Assembly: GCA_951406725.2 (NCBI GenBank)
Contig: OX597831.1
Location: forward strand, 68,200,001 to 68,264,000
Reading direction: 5' to 3'
DNA: 64,000 bases
From: Octopus vulgaris
Taxonomy: Eukaryota
In this document: one piece after another, positions 26,240 to 39,341 of the stretch
How the letters are laid out: each line of letters starts with the position of its first letter
How positions within the stretch are numbered: position 1 is the first letter of the stretch
Notes under the pieces: generated by a model
Seen by the model: only the letters and a program-made list of their open reading frames with translations
Database searches by the model: none
Told to the model about the DNA's origin: nothing
Made by a program: the position numbers and the translations under genes

Positions 26240-26645
26240 ATAAACTTTTGGAAAGTTTTACAAATTCTTTACAGTTCCAGTGATGGATTGGATCTGCAGT
26301 CTTCCAATTAGTTTTCTCCTTTCTGGTTTTGAGAAGCCTAATTGTATCCGATGATGCAATGCAGTAGAGTTGTGCGACTTCTTTGGGCATGTATTCTAGG
26401 TTATCAAACAAAGAGTGTTGCTCAAGAAGCTGCCTTCCCAGTCTTATGATGTTATCAACTTCATGCATGCAAACTTGGTCAAAGGATGCACTTCGACACT
26501 TGGTGGTTAAAAGATGTTGCTGAAGGGATATGATATGACATTCAAAGGCATTTAGGATCGATGTTAAGCCTCTTCCACCTTGTTTTCATTTTAGGTAGCA
26601 GCGGTCTACAACACTGTTTATGTGGAAGTTATGTGTGTTTGTTAG
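26240..26645 (-). mobile_element. Second R4/Dong-like LINE fragment
   Basis: NFHINSVVDRCYLK*KQGGRGLTSI (RLY..R..GGRGL thumb motif); homologous to part of the 25400 fragment, so it is an independent copy. Confidence 0.78.
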
Positions 26646-26827
26646 TGTGTATATGTATGTATGCATGTATATATGCATATATATATATTTATGTGTAATG
26701 TTTGTGTGCATATATAAGAAATTTTCTGTAAAACATATCTGATGAATCTGATGAGAGGAATGCGCTAATAATAATTATTCAAATTTCTGACCACCTCCTT
26801 TATCTTATATATATGTATGTATATATA

Positions 26828-28065
26828 CAGGGTTGGACAAAATAATAGAAACACCTAGTATCATAGCATCATAATTTTGAAATATCTATAAAACCATCAA
26901 AAGCTTGTTTATTTTTATGTTTTTTGATTTTTTTTATTAGTGTTGCTTAATATGTTAATGCTAAAATTGCTGTTGCTTTTCGGATATCATCAGAAAAAAG
27001 TAATTAAAATCCATTAAAATGACAGATCTATCAAACTTTCAAAGTGATCAAATTGTTGGTGCTCATATAGCAGGCGCTAGTGTAACAGAAACAACTGAAA
27101 TGTTTGGTGTATCAAGAAGTACTGTCTTGAAAATAATGACAGCCTTTGAGAAAGAGGGAAAAACCCCGTTGTAGAAACAAAACTCCGGAAGAAAACCGAA
27201 ACTTTTAGATAGGAACCGTCGGACTCTAACATGAATTGTTAGAAAGGATCACAAAAGTACAGCTCCCGAAATTACTCCAGAGCTTAATAACCACCTTGAG
27301 AACCCAGTTTCTACAAAAATTGTTCACAAGGAGCTGCACAAAGCTAGCTATCATAAACGTTGCAAAGCATTTAGAGGGGAGTAAAAACCCACAGAATTCG
27401 TCCCTAGAGCAGTGGAAGAATTTTATTTTCTCGGATGAGTTATCCTTTACCTTATTTCCAACCACTGGCCAAGTATACATGTGGAATCAGCCAAAAGAAG
27501 CATTTGACCCAGACTGCCATCTTCCAACTGTTAAACATGGAGGAGGATCTGTGATGATCGGGGCAGGGGCTATATCTTGAAATCCACTGGCCCAATGGTT
27601 TACCTTCATGACAGAATTAATAGTCAAGACTATTTAAGCATTTTATCTGATTAAATTCATCCTATGTTTGAGGAACTGTTTCTGGAGGGAAACGCAATCT
27701 TTCATGATGGTAATGCACCAATTCACATAGCTAAAGTTGTTACTGAATGGCACGAGGAACATTCTAGTGAAGTTGAACATCTTCTCTGGCCACCACTGTC
27801 CACAAGTTTCAATATTATTGAACATTTATGGTGCATTTTAGAAAAACAAGTAAGGAGTTGATATCCTCCACCACATGGCTACTAGAACTGGAGACTGTTT
27901 TAGCTGAAGAATAGACAAAAATTCCTTTGGAAACAATTCAAACTTTGTACGAGTCCATACCTCATAGAATTCAAGCTGTAATTACTGCCAAAGGCAGTCC
28001 TAGCCCCTATTAAAATAAATTAGTTTGAAATTTTAAGGCGTTTCCATTATTTTGTCCAATGCCTA
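26828..28065 (+). mobile_element. Near full-length Tc1 (DD34E) transposon, transposase pseudogene ~27019-28013
   Basis: TIR cagggttggacaaaataat.gaaac.cct at both ends within (TA)n; MTDLSNFQSDQIVGA.., IFSDELSF, TVKHGGGSVM, FHDGNAPIH, WPP.S..FNIIEHLW; stops and frameshifts. Confidence 0.93.
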
Positions 28066-28083
28066 TATATATATAAGATAAAA

Positions 28084-29150
28084 GATATATTAAGATAAAG
28101 TTCTTGTCTGTTTTCTTATAAACTTTATCCAATGTGACTGTAGAGTTACATATTTTTACATGAATGTTTAGGAATGTCTGGTTTCTACAATGAATTTGAT
28201 AGATGGGTGAAGAGTGTTGAGAATGTTAGTAAATATTAATTACAGAGTTCCATAAGTAGTCTACCTCCTTATCTTTGGAGTCTAGGTATTGGTCAGTTAA
28301 TGTTTTGATTTCACTCATTGTTACTTTTTCTGGGTTTCTTGATTCTTCCTTATAGTAGTTTTTGGCTACCATCTCACCCTTATCAGCTTTTAGGATGATG
28401 GAATTGTCATTCTTCAGTGCTAGTAATGCTTCCTTTTCTTCCTTACAAAGGTTCCGCTTGCATTTACAGGTACTGAGAATTTGGAAATTGTGTCTATATA
28501 TGTATCTAAATATTTGACACTCTCCCTGTAAGGGGTGATGTAGGATTAATTTCTGACAATTGACCCATCATCAAAGAATTCTATACTTACTTACTTGTAC
28601 TCATTGCGACATTCACCCTGGATGGATTGAGTCGGCTTCTTCTACTCATGGAAGAAGTTTCGTGGGAATATGTGGATTTCACAAGCGGTCCCTAACAATC
28701 CCGCATATGGAGACATCCTGTTTGCCACAGGGACAGAACGACTGAGGAGCCACTGGTTGCCGAAGCAGACACTCCGAGGATTTTCACCAGAGCCCCGTCT
28801 GCTGGGTTGTGGCCCTAATACCACTCGGTGTCAGACCAATCCTCCTTGGGTGGCCCTACCAGGAACTGAAGTTCCCGACGGCATAGCTCTGACACTACCC
28901 GTTGCCACCCATGGCAACTAAAATGTTCAGTGTCTGCTTTTAGTTCTATGAGATTAGAGGTGGGTGTAGGGGTAAATTTGAAACCTTTTGATAGAAGACT
29001 CATTTAATTCTTTTTTATATATAAATTTATAATTTTAGGGTCTTTGTGTCCTGTGGGCTTATTTAAATTTTTTGTTTCATCAGGTTCGAAGATTGGTTGT
29101 AACATTTTCTTTTTAAAAATGTAGTATTACGCCTCCATTTTATGCTTTCT
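28084..29150 (-). mobile_element. Penelope-like element RT N-terminal remnant, interrupted by an insertion
   Basis: SLLSKGFKFTPTP..ELKAD, then NLCKEEKEALLALKNDNSIILKADKG, diagnostic of the Penelope RT N-terminus. Confidence 0.82.
28588..28918 (-). mobile_element. GC-rich ~330-bp short element, probably RTE 5'-UTR-derived, with (AAGT)n tail
   Basis: Interrupts the Penelope frame; minus strand has gagctatgcc..cctggtagggccaccca (RTE-type leader) and ends aagtaagtaagt. Confidence 0.65.
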
Positions 29151-29545
29151 TCCTGTTTTCCTTTATTTCTCCCTTTCTTTAAAACAAAACAAAATTGACA
29201 TCTTGAAATATCATTAGCATCAGCCAACTGTAAAAAAAAAGTTACAAATCACAGACCATCCCCAAACACATTCATTTTTTCTGCTTTCTTTTTCTTTTCT
29301 GCCTTTCTTTCTGTCTTCCTCTCTTTCTTTTTCTCTTCCTTCCAATCATCTTTTCTTTCTCCATTTTTAAACAAAAAACAAATCCTTTTTTAGATTTATA
29401 TAAAAGGCAGAGAAATTTTCTGTAAAAGCCTGTTTTGAGGAGTCTCCATTAATTAGATGAAAGCACTAATAAAGAATTATCCAAAATTCTGACTACTTCC
29501 TTTTTCTTAATATATAAAATCTGTACATCACTTCAAACAATCTAC

Positions 29546-29563
29546 TCACACACACACACACAT

Positions 29564-29632
<69 letters not shown>
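29546..29632. repeat. (CA)n microsatellite
   Basis: Direct reading. Confidence 0.95.
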
Positions 29633-29633
<1 letters not shown>

Positions 29634-29966
29634 AATAGAAGAAAAATATAAACAGGCAGACAACAAGTATAAAGTCATTTATGACTTACTTATAAATATA
29701 TTTTATTACGGAGATGTACTTGCATAGCGAGTGACTTGATCTGAGATCGTGTGCTGGAACGAAAACAATTGCAGCACGAAGTTTTGTCAGTGAACAGGTC
29801 GCGGTCTCAAAGTGACGAAAATATTTTGACAAATTAAATTTAAATGCTGAAGTGAATCTAACAGTTTTGTGTGTTTCTTAAATGGCTTATAAACACCTTT
29901 GACGCTGCAATTATAATTATATTACATATTGAAAAGGAATGCATACATACATGAACAAGATATATA

Positions 29967-31161
29967 CAGGGTGTGTAAGATATTTAAGGACAGATTTATG
30001 TTTATAAAAAAATATACATAATAACAGATAATAACTTTATTTATCAAAAAATGCTATGAGGATAAAAATAAATCTTCTTTTCTATAATGTTATTCAATAA
30101 ATCTACCTTCCACTTCAGCAACTGCTTCTATATGAGATCTAAATCATCCACATGCTCGAATCGAGTAGTTCTGATTAATTTTGGACATTACTCTGACTAT
30201 GGCAGCTTTCAAAGAATCTTTGGTGTTATGGTCGTGTTCATTAACCTCTCTCTCTCTCTCTCAACAATGCTTCACATGTAATAGTCCAATGGATTGAAAT
30301 TTGGGGAATTAGGAGGCCAAATGTTAGGGGTTATGTGATCAAGAAAATTCTCAGCCAACAATTCCTGTGTTACTAGAGCCATGTGTGATAGTGCATGAGT
30401 CTTACTGAAACACATATGGCCTTCCGTTGCATACACTGTCAACTCTAAGGCATTGAGGAAAGAAGTAAGGAGGTATCACGTGTCATTCATTGGTGACAAC
30501 CCCTAAAACCATGACAGTTGCAGGAAATTTTGTATGCATAACACTTGGAACTTCAGAAGGGTCTGCACATGACCATCTATCATCTCTTCTGTTAACTTTT
30601 TGATCTTGGTTGAAGTTTTTCTCATTTGAGAAAAACCAAATCAAATCTTCTTCTGCTGGATTTTTCAGTTTGTTTAAGAGCCTTTTAGATCTGATGTAGT
30701 GATTTTCTTTTGCTTTTCCTGACAAATTGACCTTTGCTCATCATTTAAGACTTATATCTGATGTCTTCATGAATAACATTTCTGACTGTTTCTTCTGACA
30801 CATGAGGATATTTTGCAATTAATCTCATGGATTTTCTGGAATTGTAATCAATAATCTCTTCTGATGATTTCAGAGCATTTAGAATGTCTTTTATGCTTTG
30901 ATACTGGTTATATGTTTCCATATTCAGTCTCTAGCTTCTTACAAACTTTGTAAACAAAAGATCTGGCAACTTTTAAAAATTGAGATATTTCTAAATTGCT
31001 ATGCTCAGCCTTTATAACCATAATAACAGCATGTCTCTTCATTTCTTGAATAAGCTGAGAGTCTGCTGTTATTATTTTCTGAAACAAAGATTATACAGAG
31101 CTAGCAAAACATGCAGCAATGACCCCAAAAAAGCATGTCCTCAAATACCTTATGCACCCTG
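29967..31161 (-). mobile_element. Tc1/mariner (maT/DD37D-like) transposon, decayed
   Basis: TIR cagggtgtgtaagatatttaaggaca / tgtcctcaaataccttatgcaccctg; WFFSNEKNF..NRRDDRW, TKFPATVMVLGVV, WPPNSPNFNPLDYY. Confidence 0.9.
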
Positions 31162-31225
31162 TGTACATCTCTCCAACTACAAATCCTCTTTCAGGGTTCT
31201 GGAAAGGAGATATGCTACATCCTTA

Positions 31226-31251
31226 GCTGAAACTGAAAGAAGCCCGTCATA

Positions 31252-31302
<51 letters not shown>

Positions 31303-31503
31303 TTGTGTGTATGTGTTTGTGTGTCTGTGTTTGTCTCCCCAACATCGCTGGTGTGTTTACATCCCCGTAACTTAGCGGTTCAGCGAAAGAGACTGATAGA
31401 ATAAGTACTAGGCTTACGAAGACTAAGTCTTGGTGTCGATTTGCTCGACTAAAAGGCGGTGCTCCAGCATGGCCACAATCAAATGACTGAAACAAGTAAA
31501 AGA
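31226..31503 (+). mobile_element. SINE family A, 5'-truncated
   Basis: Homology to other copies. Confidence 0.85.
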
Positions 31504-33138
31504 TTTTTTTTGCATCCAAAACATCTCAGCTTGACGTCTTTTCAAGACTGTAGGGAGACTTTAATTCTAGCTGACCAAATGACTGTATAGAAACTTCTAT
31601 ACTGGCTTCCCTTTAAAGTTTATTTCTTAATTAGGTGAAAGGTCAAATATTGTTGTTTGAATAAATCCTAGAATTTTACTGCTGCATGATTTATTGGTTG
31701 AGCAAGTATGACAGGAAGTAGTAATCCAATATGAAACTAAATGCTGTAAAGCATTTAGTTCAATACTCTACTGTCTCTGCTTACTCATAATCTTTCTTAT
31801 AACAATAGTATCGATTTCTATCATTGACACAATGTAAGAAATACATTGGAGACTTTTATAGTTGATTAAATTGACAAGAGCATGGAGCTAGTAATTGCTT
31901 CAGCTCACTTGGAGCAATGAATGGCAAAGGATATTCAGGTAGGATTTGAGTTCAGAAAGCAGAAAGTTGGCACTTAATACTGGAAGATATTTAAACTGAA
32001 ACTTTACTCTTTCATCTCTTTAACTCTCCTCCATTTAACTGTAATATTCACATATTTGTATCTATAATATAACATTGGCTCCAAATTTAAAAACACAACT
32101 ATTTTATATCTTTAGTAAATTGAAATTTTCTACTAAAAGTTATTTTGAGATAAAAATTTTATAAAATATAGATAAAATTTGAATATTGGAAATTAGAGAA
32201 ATATGAAGTTAAAGCACCCTAATTTTAATTAGAGTGAAAAAAATGAAATCAGTTTTATTAATCAGGAATATTTTTCTCTGAATAAGGTATAAAATGTAGA
32301 AATTTTACTTGAGGACTAACTAAGCAAGGTCACAATTTTGTTTTCCATTAGTTAATGAAACTGCATAAATTTCATAAGAAAAAAAATCCAAGCTAAGTTT
32401 GTTCAGCAATATTTAATATGAGAATCGCAGAAATTGATTACCAATTTTTTATACTGAATGGTCTGAATATTATCAATATTTCAATTATAGTTTACAATAT
32501 TTCATATTTTTTTGTATATTCTGGTAGCGTTTCATTCTTATCTTGGCAAAATATGAAGAAATTGCATCCTAATTATCTTGGAAATTTTTTTGCCATCCTT
32601 AAGTTTAGATATTTTACCATGTAAATGTGTACCATGTAAATGATATTATCAGTTGGGTACATCAACTATTTGTTTAGGTGAGATTCTGATTCTAGGAAAA
32701 AGGTCAAATGCAATTGCTGTCATTTCCATTCCTCTTTGTAATTTCTAAGATTAAGAAGTCATTTCTGGAAAGAGGACTATTTATATCACCTTAAATCATA
32801 TTCTATTATAACAATTTGAATATAAAAAAAAAACTTGACCATACAACTTACCTGAATGCAGGTATACATTCTAATTCCTATGTGCAATATTGTAGAACAT
32901 TTACACCCATGAACAACATTAGAGTAACTAAAGTCCCACATTCTAAAAGTACTTAAATCTGTGAAATCAATGTGACTTGGATACTTTTTAGTAATACCTT
33001 CAATTACATGTATGTTATTGTTGCTGCTTTGTCTCCAACAAGCAAGTCTATGGTATTTATAAATTATAATTAATGGAGCAGATATGTCAAAGGTGCTCCA
33101 GCTATAATTAGACCATATTTTTTCTAGATACTGTGTTT

Positions 33139-33857
33139 TTTGAGTAAAGATTTTTGCCAACATAAAATAGCAGTCCTGGTTTAGGACGACTGTTGCTGTA
33201 ATTTAGCCCCAGGAGACATTGTTTCCTGCTGGCTATATGACACGATCTCTCTCTCTTTTACTCTTTTACTTGTTTCAGTCATTTGACTGTGGCCATGCTG
33301 GAGCACCACCTTTAGTCGAGCAAATCGAACCCAGGACTTATTCCTTGTAAGCCTAGTACTCATTCTATCAGTCCCTTTTGCCAAACTGCTAAGTTACGGG
33401 GACGTAAATACACCAGCATCAGTTGTCAAGCGATGTTGGGAGGACAAACACAGACACACAAACACATACACACACATACATATATATATACATATATACG
33501 ACGGGCTTCTTTCAGTTTCCGTCTACCAAATCCACTCACAAGGCTTTGGTCGGCCTGAGGCTATAGTAGAAGACACTTGCCCAAGGTGCCACGTAGTGGA
33601 ACTGAACCCTGAACCATGTGGTCGGTAAGCAAGCTGCTTACCACACAGCCAATCCTACGATCAGTGTCCTTATATTTTTGAACAAGGGAATCTAGCACTC
33701 CTACTCAGCTCAAAACAACATCTCTGTATTGAAAATATAAGGACACGGATTGTGTCATATAGCCAGTTGTAGGCGATGTCTCCTGGGGCTAAATTACAGC
33801 AACATTCATCCTAAACCAGGACTGCCGTGTTATGTTGGCAAAAATCTTTACTCCAAA
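33139..33857. mobile_element. Foldback MITE with long (~130 bp) TIRs, interrupted by SINE A
   Basis: gagtaaagatttttgccaacataa..gcagtcctggtttagga..tgttgctgtaatttagccccaggagacat..ctggctatatgacac is mirrored at 33735-33853. Confidence 0.88.
33248..33658 (-). mobile_element. SINE family A nested in the MITE
   Basis: Homology; probable TSD acgatc on both sides. Confidence 0.9.
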
Positions 33858-34024
33858 GTAATGTTGCCGAATATCTCTGGTTGTGAGATTTGAAAATAGT
33901 AATTTCTGTGTTTTCCCTTCTATTGTTTAGTTACTGGGGAAGGCCTTTATGACTCCTTGTTTTTTTTTCAAAACCTTCTCTGAGCTTGCTGGGAAGAATT
34001 GAGTAGGTTATTATCATACTTGAT

Positions 34025-34095
34025 ACCAGTGGGAACGAACCCGGAACCATGTGGTTGGCAAACAAGCTACTTACCACACAGCCACTCCTACGCCT
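34025..34095 (-). mobile_element. SINE A head fragment
   Basis: Matches the tRNA-like head only. Confidence 0.75.
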
Positions 34096-34819
34096 GTTAA
34101 TGATTCTACCAAGTCACCACTATAGTGTAGAGTTATATTATTCAGTGTGTCTTTTCTTGTGACAGCAAGGCATAGTTTGGAGGAAGATTTGGTATTAGAT
34201 GTTGACTTCAGATTCTGTATTGGTACACTTATAAGTAATTTCATAATTAACTGTAGGTTGACAAGATTTGTTTTTCAAAGTGTTTTACATTCAGTCTTTG
34301 CAACTAGCTGTTGGAGGTTGGGTTTCAAAAATTTTCAAGTTGTTTATTATTGAATCAAACTATTTCTTATGTCTTTCATACTGAACTGTTGGGTAGCAAT
34401 GAGCCTGTTGTTAGTTATGAATGGTTAGGTGTGTGACATTATGTACCTTGCCCAAGCACAGAATGCTATATCTTTAACAGTAAGCTTTAATCAGCATTTT
34501 AATCTCAAGACAGTTGTTGTGCTATTTAGAAAGAAAGACTGACAATGAACTTACAGTGAAGAAAGAGATACATTCATAAAATACTTTCACTGAAACCAAA
34601 CAAAACAAACAGAAATCAGACATAAATAGATGAAATAGTTGCAGTCATTTGAAATTCAAGCAGATGGCAATCAAACAGATGTAGAGACACAGAAATTAAA
34701 CAAATTAAATAGATCAAGTGAATGCATTACCGTCATTGTCATCATTACTATCACCATTGACATTATTGTTTACGTCTGCTTTCCATGCCAATATGAATTG
34801 GATGGGTCATTGTTGCTCC

Positions 34820-35503
34820 CCTGAATAGGTTGAGGAACCACTTCTTATTCATTAGTTTAATTTTTGATTTGGTTTCTGACACTCATCCTGACTTTGGAAA
34901 CTGTCAAGGAAGCCTACTGGATCTGCCTCAAACAATGTCAGATTTTCCTGGGTTATGATCAGCATGGTGGACTTTTGACTAGGTGTCAGAAAATGTGGCA
35001 TCCAACGAGCAGAAATCTTCATCATGAAGTTCATTGTGCAGAATATTCTCAACTTTCTCACAGGGTATGCTAATAGTATTGACGATTTGATTTTTATTTA
35101 ATCCCCTGTCATACATCAAAATGTGGTGAACATGATCAATTTTTTCCCGAGTTGTGGCAGTTGCAGGATATCAAGACAGTGGGTCATATTCAAGACTTTC
35201 CCTTCTCCTCCTAAATTCAGCTGCCAACTTTTGCATTGTTGATAAGGCTGGAGCATCATCCCCTAATGCAGCAACCATGTCAGCAGGTACTTGATAAGAC
35301 CACAATGCCAAACTTTGTCCATTTTCTAGAGAATTCACTTATAGCTAGTTTTGAAGTGTTCCTTGAACAGTCAGAAGTCAGTTTACCTGGAAAGAAGCAA
35401 TGCAGTTATTAATAAGAAGTTGAAATTAATGCATGCAAGATTTCATAGCTATAGCATCACTTCTTCATAATCAGCCTCTGAACATTTCATCCAACTCTCA
35501 TGT
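34820..35503 (-). mobile_element. mariner transposon 5' remnant
   Basis: MMKISARWMPHFLTPSQK (WVPH.L motif) and QDE; frameshifts. Confidence 0.78.
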
Positions 35504-35684
35504 ATGATGGACTCTGCAGTTGAAGATAATGTATGAGCGTTCAGCTTTTTGCTCAGTGATCTGCACAAATTTGTTTATAGTAATCAAATGTTCTTATATA
35601 AATATATACATACACACATATATACATACATACATACACATATTTGCATATACATACATATATATTTGTATATGTGCAAACATA

Positions 35685-36897
35685 TGAGGTGGTATCAAAA
35701 AGTTCCCAGACTAGTTCTGTAGCACACCCACAGATGGCAGCACATGGTTGTGTGTGCAGTGAGAGTTAGCAGTGACCTTTATGAGTTAGTGTGCTGAGTG
35801 ACACCACTATGTTTACTTAGGAAGTTGTGAAATTTGTGTTTTTGTCATTACATGTATGCTGTAATCTGTGATTTGGTCATGAACAGGAAGTTAGAACAAA
35901 GAGCCAAAATGAAATCTTGTGTCAAACTTTGAGCATGCATTGGTAAGCTCACAATGACAAGGCAATGAGTCATAGGTACTGGTTTGAGTGGCATGAGTGC
36001 TTCAAGAGCAGAAGAATGTCTCTGGAAGACTTGCTATGAGTGTCACAATCAGAAACGTGGATAAAATTCATCGACCTGTGTATGAGGATTGTCAGAGGAC
36101 AACCAATGGCATTGCTGATGATATTAGTTCTGTTGTACATTTCATACAGGAACATGCCAAGTTTCTACACCATCTGTTCACCACTGAACAGAAAGAACAT
36201 CACGTTGAAGTCTGCCAAGAACTCCATCAGCATACCACTGATGATCTATCCTTCATGTTGAATATTATCCCCCATGACGAAAGTTGGGTCTGTGGGTATG
36301 TCCTTGAGATGAAGCAATGGAAGAGGCCTTCATCTCCATAACTGAAGAAGGCATGGCAGCTCAATCAAGAACATACTCAAAAGTCGTTGTTGATATTCAT
36401 AGTATTGTGCACCAAGAATTCATCCCCCAGGGCCAGACCATTAATCAAGAGTTCTACTGTGATGTTTTGAAGCATTTGAAGGAATATATTTGGCAAAAAT
36501 TGTTGGATCTGTGGATCATGAAGAATTGGATTCTTGATGATAACAATGCATCCTGTCACTGAGCTCTCCTTACTCGTGAGTTTCTTGTCAAAAATGACAT
36601 GGTATTGCTGTTGCACCTGCCCTATTCACTAGACTTTCATCTTTTCTCCAAGGTGAAAATGCAGCTCATAAGTCACCAATTTAACACTGTTGTTGAGATA
36701 CAGGGTGAATCGCAGAAAGTCCTTGTCTCACTTATGGAAAACAACTTCCAGGTTGGATTCCAAAAGTGGCAGGAATACTGGGACCAGTGTAATGCTGTGC
36801 AAGGTGTCTATTTTAAAGGAGATAATGTTGACACTTTGGTAAATAAGTTATTTTTTATTAAACATAACTAGTCTGGGAACTGTTTGATATCATCTTG
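35685..36897 (+). mobile_element. mariner (DD34D-type) transposon, decayed
   Basis: TIR gaggtggtatcaaaaagttcccagactag / ctagtctgggaactgtttgatatcatctt; HDESWVCGY, IVHQEFIPQGQTINQEFYCDVL, WILDDNNASCH, HLPYSLD. Confidence 0.92.
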
Positions 36898-36925
36898 TGC
36901 ATATATATATGATGTATATATATAT

Positions 36926-37220
36926 GTGGAGGTGCAATGACCCAGTGGTTAGGGCAGCAGACTCGTGGTTGTAGGATCACGGTTTCGATTCCCAGACCGG
37001 GCGTTGTGAGTGTTTATTGAGTGAAAACACCAAAAAGTTCCACGAGGCTCCGGCAGGGGGTGGTGATCCCTGCTGTACTCTTTCACCATTCTTTCTTCTG
37101 TTGCCCTGCTTGCTTAGCCAGTGGGGTGGCGTCATTCGAAGGCTAAAACATTGCGAACGCATTGTGACCAGCGATGTGTAACAACATCTGATGGTCTGGT
37201 CGGTCACGTGATCACGTGAT
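36926..37220 (+). mobile_element. SINE family B, tail type 1
   Basis: Homology to 4899-5203. Confidence 0.88.
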
Positions 37221-38185
37221 ATATATATATATATCTACATGCATTCATCCATCCATCCATCCATCCATCATTACACACATACATACACACACACACACAT
37301 ACACACACATACACACATACATACACACATACATACACATATACATACATACATACAAATAAATGTATGTATGTACATTCATGTTCTAACACAATATCCA
37401 CTTTTGAGTAGGAATACATGGATATTAATACTGCTTTGTTACAAATAATTATTTTTAATAAGCTCACTATGCTATTTGCAACACCAGGGAAGGCCAAAAT
37501 CACACAATTAGGTAGTCTGAATGGTGGCAATGGCAGAGATTTGTTTCCCCCTAGTGATGTAAAGAAGAGTGCCTCTATGCACCAAAAGCCAGTATGAGGA
37601 TTACTCTCATGGTAACTATTGTTGTATTATGGGTTCTAACACAACACCCCCACTTAAAAGTGGGGGAATAAGTATTACCCTTTAATATTGATACTGTTTC
37701 TCTCACTAATAATCATTATATATATATTTATATATACTTATATGTACGTATATCAAATAGACACAGATAATGAAATTTATACAGTTATTGAAGAAATATA
37801 AATGTTTCAGATAAGTTCATATTAAAGATCACCCTTCTCACTCAGCATCAAGTCTTGCGTAGGAAGGATTTTCCTCAGATTAATAGATAAGCACTTCACA
37901 CAGACACATAGATACAGGCATTTATTTAATAGGCACAACCTAAAAGTCTACTTTAGTTGTGCAACTAGTGTAAAAAGCATTTTAACTAGTACCCACAAAA
38001 CAAGGTAGGAGGCAGGTTGTTCTTGCAGGGTATACAATAACTGTCCAGTAGCAAGCTGATAAAGTTACAGTGACACCTAGATCTGCCATCCTCATTATCA
38101 GCAATGTCCTATCCAACAACAGTGATAGAATCGGAGGTGATGACAGTAACAGATTAACCACCTGTAATGCCATCGACCCCAGTAC

Positions 38186-38677
38186 AATGCATAAGATCTG
38201 GTCATCAAATCTAAGTAGAGACTTCAAACTTGAAATCTTCAAAACCACAGTCGAACCAATTCTACTATATGGCTCAGAAACCTGGACATTATCAAAGAAG
38301 CTTGAGAGGCGGTTGGATAGAACCTACACTGGCCTCCTTATGAGAGCTCAAAATCTCTCGTGGAGGCGTCCTCCAACCAAAATGCAAATATATGGGAAAC
38401 TACCACCTGTGTCATCTCTTGTGAAAGGTTAGAGAGTCCAGTTTGCTGGACATTGTTGTAGAGCTGTAAACGAGGCAATTTCTACTCTTCTCCTCTGGAA
38501 GCCATCTACTCACAATACCAGAGGGCGCACACTTTCCTACCCTGATGTAATCTCCAGGGATACAGGCATCCAGCAACAGGACCTCTGTAATGCTATGATG
38601 GACTGTGAAGTCTGGCATAGCATGGTAAATTCCATTGTCTCGACCACGGTCGAACAATGATGACGATGATGACAATC
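38186..38677 (+). mobile_element. RTE-clade LINE 3' fragment nested in the Penelope remnant
   Basis: KIWSSNLSRDFKLEIFKTTVEPILLYGSETWTL..QFAGHC; (GAT)n tail; possible short TSD acaat. Confidence 0.9.
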
Positions 38678-39341
38678 ATCACAGACAGAGATGATGACCA
38701 GTCCAGGATGAGTGACACAGAGAAGGTAACTAATGACCCCAGTGCCACCACCATAGATGATGACCAAACCATCATCACTGACACCAACGGCGTGACCGGC
38801 CCTGCACCATATATTACCACCAGCTGTCCCACACTACTGCTGGCAGCATCAATGTCATCCTTATGACCAGAGACGATAACCATAGCCATAACATCTGTGA
38901 AGACAGCAGGTATACCAGTACTGATGGACCATTGCACCATAATGACAACATCAACACTGATGATACCTACATCCACAGAGTCCCAGAAAGACGTTTTGTC
39001 ACGTCCCTGGCCAGCCATGTGTGGCACCTCAAAGATCAAGGGACTCCATATGATATCAGGTGGAAGATCATAGCACATCCAGGCCCATATATTAATGGGA
39101 GTGTCTGACGCAAAATCTGCATTGCAGAGAGAACCAAAATTCTTGAGGACTATGCTAAGCCTGGCATGTTGAATAATTGTAAAGAGGTTTTCTCAAAATG
39201 AGTTCATTTCAAGTGCTACTTACTGGAAAATTGGATGTCCCCATTTGCTGTTTAGGCTAATATGAGACAGGTCAGCTGTTCGACTTTGTTATCCTAGCGT
39301 TTCCTCACATCCACAAGGTGAAAAGTTAAATTTGTCTTTGT

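Noticed and set aside
32786-33163. 125-aa minus-strand ORF ending near a strong donor (CAG|gtaagt)
   Set aside because: Starts inside a MITE TIR; no recognisable protein motif or acceptor
38593-39078. 161-aa hydrophobic minus-strand ORF
   Set aside because: Antisense of the Penelope T/D-rich linker and RTE tail
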